Assembly: GCF_009914755.1 (NCBI RefSeq)
Contig: NC_060928.1
Strand: one strand, 5' to 3'
Source of the DNA: the human T2T-CHM13v2.0 reference genome, Homo sapiens
Length of the DNA stretch: 64,000 nt
A program made the translations under genes and the position numbers. Positions 45,777-64,000 of this stretch are shown here, piece by piece (the stretch's first letter is position 1; the number at the start of each line of letters is the position of its first letter). The notes beneath the pieces were generated by a model. It saw only the letters and a list, made by a program, of their open reading frames with translations. It was not told the origin of the DNA and ran no database searches.

Positions 45777-46596
45777 CTATAAAAAGAAGAAAATATAAAT
45801 CAGTAACCACTGTAGTAGTAACTATATCCTAATCACACTGTGACAGAACATATATAGAACCTTAAAATATTAAATTCAAAGGAGTTTCTGTGGGGGAAAA
45901 AAGTTCAACCTTGTCCTCTACTTGATAACTAAACTTCTACTTAGTTTATCCCCCTAAAAAACTTAATGTATAAGAGTAACTCTTCTAAAAAATAACAAAA
46001 CTAAAATTAAATGACACAGCACTCTGGTAATATATTCACATAAGTAATTTAATATTCATTTCCATATATACAGAGATCATTTTCAGTTTTAAGAAAAATA
46101 ATATAGTAGTTGCTAAGTGAGCAATGACAACTGACTCAAAAAAATACAAATAATAAACATACACATGGACAAATGAATTAATCACTGGTAATTTACTGAA
46201 TCAGTAACTTTATTTCTATAAACTTACAGCAAAGAAGCAAGTCATTGGAAGCATCATGCTGTATTTATAAAGATTCATTAATTAGGAACAATTTAATTGT
46301 CAAAAATTAAGGAATTAGTTTTTCAAAATACCTACCACCAGGAAATAGAATATTATCTGGTCAATAAAAATCAGATGATGTAGCAACATGGTACTATTTT
46401 AAGTAAAAACAAATGTGACTTCTGGTTTTGAGATCAGTAAACTGAAGAAGATATTACCCTATTATGAGAACATTCAATTATTATTACAAATGTTCAAAAC
46501 AAGATTTTGGCTAATTTTTTTTTCCTTTGGTGTTATGTCAAAGTATTCATTAAAAAAAATTTAAGTACCAAATATGCATAGGATGCAGATGTTGAA

Positions 46597-47346
46597 ATTC
46601 TTTTCACTTATAAAAAATTAACAAAAATTATAAATATTCATGGGGTACACAGTGATGTTTCCAGACATATAATGCATGGTGATCAGATCAGGATAATTAA
46701 CACATCCATTATCTTAAACACTTATCATTTCTTTGTGTTGGGAACATTCAATATTGTCCTAGCTATTTGAAACTATGTTATTGTTAACTATAGTCATCCT
46801 ACTGTGCTATGGAACACTAGAATTCATCCACCCATCTAGCTGTGATTTTGTATCCTTTTTTGTAATTTTGTATTTCTCCCTAATCCTCCCTTCCCACTAC
46901 CTTTTCCAGCTTCTTGTTTCCTCTGTTCTGTTCTTTGCTTCTGAGAGATCTACTTTTTTTTTTTAGCTTCCACCTACCAGTGAGAACATCTGGTATTTAA
47001 CTTCCTGTTCCTGGCTCATTTCACTTAACATAATGTCCTCCAATGCCATTCATATTGCTGCAAATGACAGCATTTCATTCTTTTTTTTATGGCCGAATAG
47101 TATTCCATTTATTTATGTACCATATTTTCTTTACCCATTCATTCCTTGGACACAGGGTGATACCAAATCTTGGCTATTGTCAATAATGCTGCAATAATAA
47201 TGAGTATACGGATATCCCTGATAAACTTATTTCTTTTGGATGTATACCTAGTAGTGGGATTGCTGGATCATATGGTAGTTGTATTTTTTAGTTTTTTTTT
47301 TTTGAGGACCCTCCATACTGTTCTCCATAATGGCTGTATTAACTTA
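46597..47346 (-). mobile_element. 5'-truncated L1MA with preserved 11-bp TSD
   Basis: L1 3' UTR motifs (ttcacttaacataatgtcctcc, agtagtgggattgctggatcatatggtagtt). cagatgttgaa occurs at 46586-46596 and 47347-47357. Confidence 0.85.
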
Positions 47347-47731
47347 CAGATGTTGAAGTTTAAACTAAGTTTAGCACTTACTTTCCTTTCCCTCTTACAT
47401 CACAAGAATTATTTTAAAATTCATTATCTTCAGTTAATCTGATAACATTAAAAAAACAAATTGCTGTATATGTGTATAAACATTAACTTAAAGTATAATA
47501 TACCACACAATTCCCTGAATTAAAATGTACAACTCAATGGTGTTTACTATATTCACAAGGTTGTACCACCTAACTGTAGAACATCCCATCACTATCCTAA
47601 GTCAAACCCCTTACCTGTTAGCAGGAACTCATTCACCATTACTCCCTCCAGCCCTAGGCATTTACTAATCTATTTTCTCCCCTAAACACTTGCCTATTCT
47701 GAACATTTCATATTAATGAAATCATACAATT

Positions 47732-48048
47732 TCATAGGGTTTGGCTGTGTCCCCACTCAAATCTCACTTTGAACTGTAATAAGCCCCACATGCCAAGGGC
47801 GGGGCCAGGTAGATAACTGAACATGGGGGCAGTTTCCTCCATATTGTTCTTGTGGTACTGAATAAATCTCAGGAGATCTGATGGTTTTATAAAGGGGAGT
47901 TCCCCTGCACATACTCTCTTGCCTGTCACCATGTAAGATGTCACTTTGCTCTTGCTTCATCTTCCACTGTGATTGTGAGGCCTCCCCAACCACGTGGAAC
48001 TGCAAGTTCATTAAAACCTCTTTCCTTTATAAATTACCCAGTCTGGGT
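47732..48048 (+). mobile_element. THE1B/THE1C-type MaLR LTR, 3'-truncated and fused to an Alu 3' end
   Basis: ggtttggctgtgtccccactcaaatctc...gagatctgatggttttataaaggggagttcccctgcac...cctctttcctttataaattacccagtct. Confidence 0.88.
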
Positions 48049-48889
48049 GACAGAGCCAGACTCTGTCTCAAAAAGAATAAATAAATAAAACAAAATAAAA
48101 TAAAAATGTAAAAATCTGAATTTGCATTTCCCAAATGAGTATTAATACTAACTGTCCTTTCTTGTGCTTATTTACCGTCTTAACTAGTACCTGTTCAAAT
48201 ATGCCCATTTTAAAACTGAGTCATCTGTCTTATTGAGTAGTTCCTTATATAGCCTGGATATAATCCTTTACCAAATACATGCTTTTCAAGTATTTCCTCC
48301 CAGTCTGTGGCTATTATGTTCCCTCTAAGAAATCTTTGCCTATCCTATATGTTTTCTGGAAATTCTAGCTCTGACTTTGTATTTTAAAGATTCATTCAAT
48401 TTGAGAAAATAATTCCAAATTGAGCTTTTTATTAAGAAATCCTAGTCAACATTGCTTGAATTTAACAAAATTACAAGTGTGTTTCAAAAAAATTTATAAA
48501 TATGTAAATACATGTGATAGGTTCCATGCACACGATTATTTCATGAGTATTTATTAACTACCTGTCATGTGCCAAGTCTTATGGTCTACCTGAGAAATAC
48601 AGTATGAAATGAGAGACATAATCTCTGCTATCATTGTAATGTTGGTAATCACCAGTATGCGTCAAGGAGCTATAAGCGAAAGAGCAAAGTCTTCAAACCA
48701 GGTTCACAGTCCTTCCTCTTATAAAGTATTTTTCCTCTTTTATAAATTAAATAAATAATATATATTTCACAGGGCTATCATGATGAAAAAGACGATCTCA
48801 AGTGCCTCTTCAAAACTGCTTGGGAAGTCTATGCTATACAACCACTGTTACAAATCTTCACCATTCTAAACGAAGTCTAAATACTCCCA

Positions 48890-50830
<1,941 letters not shown>

Positions 50831-50920
50831 GTCAAGGTGTATGGACATATGTATAGGGGGGAAATTGATTATATTTAGAATGATTTTATATTAACCCCAA
50901 TCCTTTCTTTCAAAATTCTA

Positions 50921-51915
50921 GGCCAGGTGCAGTGGCTCATGCCTGAAATCCCAGCAATTTGGGAGGCCGAGGTGGGCAGATTGCTTGAGCACAGGAGCTC
51001 GAGACCAGCCTGGCCAAGATGGTGAAACCCTGCTCTACTAAAAATACAAAAAATTAACCTAGCATGGTGGCGCACACCTGTAGATACAGCTACTCGGGAG
51101 GCCGAACCCGGGAGGCAGAGGTGGCAGTGAGCTGAGATCGTGACACTGCACACTCCAGCCCAGGTGACAGAGCAAGATTCCTTCTTAAAAAAAAAAAAAA
51201 AAAAGAAAGGAAAAGAAAAAGACAAAAGAAAGGAGAAGAGAAGAGAAGAGAAAAAAAACTTCGGCATGGTGGCTCATGCCTGAAATACCAGCATTTTGGA
51301 GGCCAAGGTGGGCAGATCACTTGTGCCCAGGAGCTCGAGACCAGCCTGGGCAACACGGCAAAACTGCTTCTCTACTAAAGAACTTTTAAAAAAATTAGCT
51401 GAGCATGGTGACGCACACCTATAGTTCCACCTACTCAGGAGGCTGAGGTCTGAGATCGTTTGAGCCTACACAACAGTGAGCCAGGATCGTGCATTTCAGC
51501 CTGGGCGACAGAGTGAGATCGTGTATCCAAAAAAGTAAAGAGAAAAAGAAAAGAAAATCTTAATAAAAAAGGGCTGCGTATAGTGGCTCACGCCTGTAAT
51601 CCCAACACTTTTGGAGGCCGAAGTGGGTGGATCGCTTAGGTCCAAGAGTTCGAGACCAGCCTGGACGGCATGGTGAAACCCTGTCTCTACCAAAACCAAA
51701 ACAAAGCAAACAAAAAACAAACAAAAAAAAACACCCTCACAAAATTAGCCAGTTGTGGTGGCATGTGCCTATGGTCCCATCTACTCTGGAGGCTGAGGGA
51801 GGAGCATCACCTGAGCCCAGGAGGTCAAGGCTGCAGTGAACTATGATCATGCCACTGTACTCCAGCCTGGGTGACAGAGCAAGACCTTGTCTCAAAAAAA
51901 GAGAAAGAAAAAAAA
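50921..51915 (+). repeat. Three tandem plus-strand Alus with purine-rich tails
   Basis: Alu consensus. Confidence 0.9.
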
Positions 51916-54953
<3,038 letters not shown>

Positions 54954-54955
<2 letters not shown>

Positions 54956-55341
54956 TTATGGGCTGACATGTGTTTCTCCCAAATTCATATGAATTCTAAT
55001 CCCCAGTATCTCAGAATGTGACTGTATTTAGAGATAGGGCCTTTAAAGAGATAATCAAGGTAAAATAAGATTGAATGGGTGGGGCCTAATCCAATATGAC
55101 TATTGTTCCTGCAAGAGATTAGGACATAGACATGCTGCGTGCACAGAGAAAAGACCACAAGAGGACACAGTGAGAAGGAAGCCATCTGTTTATGAAGATG
55201 AGAGGCTTCAGGAAAAAAATTAAAAATTGCTGATACCTTGGATCTCAGGCTTACACCTCCAGAACTGTGAGAAAATAAATTTCTTTTGTTCAGGCCAGGC
55301 ACTGGGGTATTTTGTTATGAAAGCCCTAGCAAATGAATATA
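54954..55341 (+). mobile_element. MLT1B-type MaLR solo LTR
   Basis: tgttatgggctga...ctcagaatgtgactgtatttagagatagggcctttaaagag...ccagaactgtgagaaaataaatttc...agccctagcaaatgaatata. Confidence 0.85.
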
Positions 55342-56182
55342 ATCAGCATTTCAATACAGCCACATCAGTGATTCACCTAAGGTGAAATAAACAGCGAAGC
55401 TTGGGTACTGGAACTGATCTCTGAATTCTAGGCTGTTTGGAAAAAGAACCAACAAGTGCTGCATAGTAACTGAATATGGAAAGATATATAGCTTATCTAC
55501 TGGAAAAATGATTGGTGCAAGAGAAAAGCATTACCAGACGTTTGAAAAGTCTGAAATCATGAGAATACGTAATAAAAAATCAATAGCTCTTAACTAATGT
55601 CTATGATGCCAGGCTGCTTACCTTTTATATATTACCTCAAATTAACATAATCATCCAACAAGATTTTATGCCCATATTAAAGTTGAAAATAAATGAAAAT
55701 TCAAAGACAATCCAAAGCCACAAAGTAGACTTATGTTTTGAAACCAAATTTGCCTAAAGATAATCCTCTCCTCTTTCCAACATACCATTCTGTTCTCACA
55801 CATCAAATGAACAGTGGTATAATATGTACTACAGAATATTACAGGGCCATTAAAATGCTTAAGAAAACTCAGAGGTTGGTCAACAGCCACACAGATCTAA
55901 AATATTCCTTTTTCTGTCTTTCTCTTTGTTCTAAGTTTTCTTTAATGAGAACGCATAAGCTAAAAATAAACATAAGAACTCTTTAAAAACAGAAAGCATT
56001 ATATAAAGCCAAAGATCATAAAATGAGAAGGCTTTCCCTTCAACTTGAATGATGTACAACCCTGTGATTAAAAAGAGACATACAGAGGTTTTCAGGTATC
56101 TTTAGGAGCCCAGAATTTAAATTAACAACATTGTCGTTGCAGATTATTATTTATTTTTGAGCGAATATACTTCTTGGCTTAC

Positions 56183-56298
56183 CTTATGGCTTCTGAATCA
56201 ATGTGCACAGGTGCGATTCTTTCCAACAGAAATTTGACCATCTCTAGAAAAGGATTTGTTGGTTGCTTAGGATTTGCAAGTTTCCGGGCTATTTCTCT
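56183..56298 (-). CDS. PDS5A: PDS5A coding exon (probable exon 17, starting about residue 591): [38 protein letters not shown](S)
   Basis: Acceptor ctttctttctatag|AGA, donor AAG|gtaagc. 116 nt, frame-consistent with the next exon. Confidence 0.97.
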
Positions 56299-56557
56299 CT
56301 ATAGAAAGAAAGGAGTTTTACCAAAAACGTGATTTGCTTTCATATTTTTGAAAAGAAAAATGACTAAGGAACTGAAATATTCAAAACCAGCATAAGTGGT
56401 TAAGAATTGTCTGCTCTAGACCCTGACTAAAATTTTTACACCCCGAGCAATGACTGAAAAATCTGGACAGCAGAGAAAAGAAGTGGATGATGTGGTTTCT
56501 GAGTGAACACAGCCTTGCCTCACAATTCTTTGATGAAATTATTGGTTGATATAGCAA

Positions 56558-58185
<1,628 letters not shown>

Positions 58186-60229
58186 TTCTCAGAGGCCATT
58201 CTCAGATTTGTCTTCTCTTTCATTTCTTCTCTACCTCCTCCAAGTGATGTAATTGTGCTAATATATAGAACCAGGCCTGAATCCCAACACTTCTGAACAC
58301 AACTGCAAAGACGCTATCTTCTTCCCTAAAGCATCTCCTCTGATATCCAGTCAGCCAAACTGAAAATATAGCAGTCATTCTTCACACAATGGTCTAATTC
58401 CTATTCATCCTTTAAGACTCAACTTAGGAGTCACTTATTCTAGAAGAAGCCATTCCTGGACCTATTTCCACCCCTGCCTGGAATGAGTAATGCTTCTTTA
58501 TTTTACCAAAGCACACAATTCAATGGAAATATTTGTCAGCCTCTGTCACTTATTCTGCAAGCTCCATGAGAAACCATGTATTATAAAATTTATTTAATCA
58601 TGCAGTGAATTATAACAGTGTGTGCTTGATCAAGAAAGAAGATATTTGGACTTCTGAAGATATAATGCATATCCAGGTAACTAGGTAGAGGAGGGTTTTT
58701 AAAAGTGTAGTCCATAAACCACTCATGTTGAAACTTGGTTAAAAGATGGAGAGATTCATGATGCTACATCATAACCTATTTTAAAGATGCCTACTCTTTG
58801 TAAGGGTAAGACCTATAAAAATGACCATTTATTGAAACCCTGTAGGCAGTGCAGGGGGGCCCTGCATTAGGCCACATATAAAATTTCATTTTACATTATT
58901 CTTTTAAAAATTCTATGAGGTTGATAATATTTATAGGTGAAGAAAATGAATAAGGAGGCTTGAAAATACTGAGTAACTTACTAAAGGTCATACTGGTAGT
59001 AAACGATATTCAAACCAAGGACTGTTTCATTAAATGTCAAATAAACAAGCTTCCTGGAAAATATTAAAATTTGGGGACCACTCTCATGGGGAGGGGGGCA
59101 ATGGAGCATAAACTATGACGCACAGCTGAAGCTATGGCAAGTATGTGGTCCTTCTCTAGGGTCAAGGTGTAGAAACCTAAAACCTGAATTCTAAAGGGAA
59201 AGTAAATCTATATATCACATTTCAATTCCACTGCTCACTCTCATTCATTATATCCCCCACCCCACACACAAATACACGTCTCTTTTGATAATCTTTGCTC
59301 AAAGTATGTTTGCTAAGATTTTTCAGAAATGGAACTTGGACAAAGAGGGAAGAAAATATTAGATTTCTATGCCTACTAACTCTCGTATCAAGTAATATCT
59401 ACCTCTTGAGAAGTGAGATATGAAAATAAGGAGGTAGTGACAAATACGCATTAGGGTACAGAGAAGGAACTCTCAAGGATGGAATGCAAGCTACATAGAA
59501 TGAGAGAAACTAAATTTTACATTTGCATTATTTTTCTTTATTCTTCTACATCAGAAAAGGAATGGGGATATTAGAGGAAATATGTAAATAATATTCAGTA
59601 GCCCATAGGGGAAAGGACAAACTCATAAAGGTACTCTAGCAGAGGTTTGTTTTCATGTGTGCCTAAGGGAGGTATTCTAAGTCCCACTTTACGTATGAGA
59701 ACACATAGTTAAATAACATACTCAAGTCACACAATGCTAATATAAGAGCTAGGAAAGAAGGTATAATGAACTCATGCTCTTACCACTGCAAGTGCAGTAT
59801 TCATTTCTACCTCACTGGTTCCTAATATCAAGAGCACTGATTGGCTATACTGTGTGGCTGTTGCAGTCACAGTGTTGGGATTACAACAGTGAGCCACCGC
59901 GCCCAGCCTTTTCAAGCTATTTCATTGTCTGATCTAATTATAATAGTAGATTCTCTGCAGGACACAGTACTCTGGAACTAGAATTCTAAATGCCAAAGAA
60001 GTCAATGAAACTTTTAAGCGTTTTCAGCAAATTACTCAGCTCAGAAGTACAAAGCTTATTGGGCATGGTGGATCATGCCTGTAATCCCACTACTTTGGGA
60101 GGCCAAGGTGGGTAGGATCACTTGAGTCCAAGAGTTCAAGACCAGCCTGGGCAACATGGTGAAATCTCATCTCTACTAAAAATACAAAAATTAGTCAGGC
60201 ATGATGGCGCATGCCTGTAATCCCAGCTA

Positions 60230-60337
<108 letters not shown>

Positions 60338-60878
60338 TCAAAAAAAAAAAGAAAAAAATAAGTAAGTAAATAAAATTTAAAAAAGAAGTGCAAAGGTTGA
60401 GGTTGTCTGGGCATTTGGCACATCCACATTCATAGCCCTGAGAGACAAGCCCACTCTTCTCTTCCCTAAATTGGTTTTCCTCCCCATGTCCTCCTAATTA
60501 TTGGTATTTGTAATGGTATTCAGATCTCTATGCTGAATAAAAGATACATGTTCTATGCAGCTAGACCTCTCCACATATACATCTATTATAGTCCTTATCC
60601 TTTATAAGTTATTTTAAAACCATCAACTCTAATCCCTTCTAGAACAAAGTTAGACATATGTAATTGAAATTACATTTCTCTTATTTGTCTCTATAAGCCT
60701 GGTCCCAAGCATAGTACTTGACGTTTATGTCTAACATTGTGAGAAGGATTATTTATTTAAATCCAATAGGGCAGTGCAGGGCCCTTATACAGAGAAATAC
60801 ATACCCTCCCCCTGCCCACACACACAAAGAATTATCCATCACTCAATGGTGGAGACAGATTTTGAGAAATGTGTTGTT

Positions 60879-61154
60879 GGCCAGGCACGGTGGCTCACAC
60901 CTGTAATCCCAGCACTTTGGGAGGCCGAGGCGGGCGGATCACGAGGTCAGGAGATCGAGATCATCCTGGCTAACATGGTGAAACCGCGTCTCTACTAAAA
61001 ATACAAAAAATTAGCCGGGCGAGGTGGCAGGAGCCTGTAGTCCCAGCTACTCGGGAGGCTGAGGCAAGAGAACGCAGTGAGCCAAGATCGCGCCACTGCA
61101 CTCCAGCTTGGGCGACAGTGAGACTCCGTCTCAAAAAAAAAAAAAAAAAAAAAA
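60879..61154 (+). repeat. AluY with long A-tail, 15-bp TSD and an internal right-arm deletion
   Basis: TSD gagaaatgtgttgtt at 60864-60878 and 61155-61169. gagaac|gcagtgagcc lacks the usual ggcgtgaacccgggaggcggagctt segment. Confidence 0.92.
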
Positions 61155-61614
61155 GAGAAATGTGTTGTTAAGGCAATTTCATCATGTGAACATTAGAGTG
61201 CACGCACACAAACCTAAATGGTATAGCGTACTACTTCTATGCTACAAAATTGTACAGCATGTTACTATGCTAAATACTGTAGGGAACTGTAACACAGTGG
61301 TATTTGTGTATTTGAACATTATCTAAACACAGGGTAAAAATATAAAAGATAAAAACACAATATAAACCATATAATAAAAATGCCATATAAAAGATAAAAA
61401 ACAGTACACCTACATATAGAGCACTTACCATAAATGAAGCTTACAGGACTGCAAGTTGATCTGGGTAAGTCAGTGAGTAAGTGGTGAGTGAATGTGAAGA
61501 AACAGGACATTACAGTACACTACTGTAGACTTTATAAACACTGTACACTTAGGCAGCACGATATTTAAACACTTTTTCTTTCTTCAATGATAAATTATCC
61601 TTAGCTTTTTGTAA

Positions 61615-61860
<246 letters not shown>

Positions 61861-62834
61861 TAGCCAGGATGGTCTCGATCTCCCGACCTCGTGATCTGCC
61901 AACCTCGGCCTCCCAAAGTGCTGGGATTACAGGTGTGAGCCACCACACCTGGCCCCGTTTTTTTTTTTTTTAGCTTTTAAAAAAATTTTTGGAGACAGGA
62001 TCTTGTTCTGTCACCCAGGCTGGAATGCAGTGGTGTGACCATAGCTCACTGTAGGCTTAAAATCCTGGGCTCAAGTGATCCTCCCATCTTGGCCTCTGGA
62101 GTAGTCAGGACTACAGGTGTGCGCCACCATGTGCAGCTAGTTTTCTTTAATGTTTTGTAGAGGCAGGGGTTTTGATATATTGCCCAGGTTGGTCTCAAAT
62201 TCCTGGCTTCAAGTGATCCTCCTGCCTAGGCCTCCCAAAGTGCTGAGATTACAGGTGTGAGCCAATGTACTGATCTTTTTTTTTTTTTTTTTTAGCTTTT
62301 TGACTCTTTTGTAGTAACACTTAGCTTAAAACACATTTTGTGTACAGCTGTACACAAAATGGTTTCTTTCCTTATATCCTTATTCTACTAGCTTCTTCCT
62401 ATTAAAAATTTTTTTGGCTGCATGTGGTGGCTCACACCTGTAATCCCAATATTTTGTGGGGCTGAGGCAGGTAGGTTTCTTCAGCTCAGGAGTTCCAGAC
62501 CAGCTTGGACAACATGGAGAAACCCTGTCTCTACAAAAAATAAAAAATTAGCTGGGCATGGTGGCATGTGCCTATAGTCCCAGCTACTCAGGAGATTGAA
62601 GGGAGAGGATCACGTGAACCCAGGAGGCTGAGGATGCAGTGGGCCATGATAACATCACTGAACTCCAGTCTGGGTGACAGAGCAAAACCCTGTTTAAAAA
62701 AAAAAAAAGAAAGTTTTAAAACTTTTTTTTGTGCAAAACTAAGATACAACCACATACAATAGCCTAGGCCTACGCCAGGTCAGGATCACCAAGATGTCAC
62801 TAGGTGATAGGAATCCTTCAGTTCCGTTATAATC

Positions 62835-62940
62835 TTTTTTTTTTTTTAATGCTTTAAGTTATGGGATACATGTGCACAATGTGCAGGTTTGTTACACAGG
62901 TATACATGTGTCATGGTAGTTTGCTACACCCATCACCCTG
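62835..62940 (-). mobile_element. Severely 5'-truncated L1PA (about 105 bp) inserted in the Tigger element
   Basis: Poly-T followed by tttaagttatgggatacatgtgcacaatgtgcaggtttgttac. TSD agttc(c/t)gttataat at 62820-62833 and 62941-62954. Confidence 0.88.
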
Positions 62941-63043
62941 AGTTCTGTTATAATATTATGGGACTCCCAAAATACATGTGGTCTTATCTTTGGCCAAAAT
63001 GTTGTCATGCAGTATACCATTTTAGATACATCAAGAATCTTTT

Positions 63044-63812
<769 letters not shown>

Positions 63813-64000
63813 GCTGAATAAATGAATGCATAAGTTTTCCCTCCTGATAGCTTTAAGAATATTGGTTTTAAATGAGTTCAAGAGAAGAATGAAGACAAAA
63901 GTCTAGATAGGAATTTACTTTATCTGTAAATGAAACCAGATATATGGCAATGTTACTACTACTAATTTATTGACGATTATTTCCATTCTAATACATGAAA

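Overview
Primate (sequence matches human as I recall it) genomic DNA, AT- and Alu-rich, lying entirely inside the cohesin regulator gene PDS5A on the minus strand. I traced 16 consecutive coding exons from 56298 down to 3788. They total 2240 nt, keep frame at every junction and encode about residues 591-1337, from ...[10 protein letters not shown] to ...QIDLQ(R). These are probably exons 17-32 of 33; exon and residue numbers come from memory of the gene. The upstream exons and the terminal exon lie outside the window. The introns hold roughly 60+ Alus, several old L1M elements, L2 and MIR relics, an HSMAR2 mariner fragment, MER1B, Tigger3-family, THE1 and MLT1B LTRs. Most ORFs in the supplied track are repeat-derived or chance ORFs. 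I see no evidence of a wholly new multi-gene system. The best leads are RNA-processing features of PDS5A: a weak GC-AG intron, a candidate in-frame 15-nt microexon, candidate poison exons, and a last-intron read-through that would give the same C-terminus. There are also clear DNA-repair and retrotransposition scars: a templated insertion with microhomology at both ends, a twin-primed L1 and an LTR-Alu fusion.
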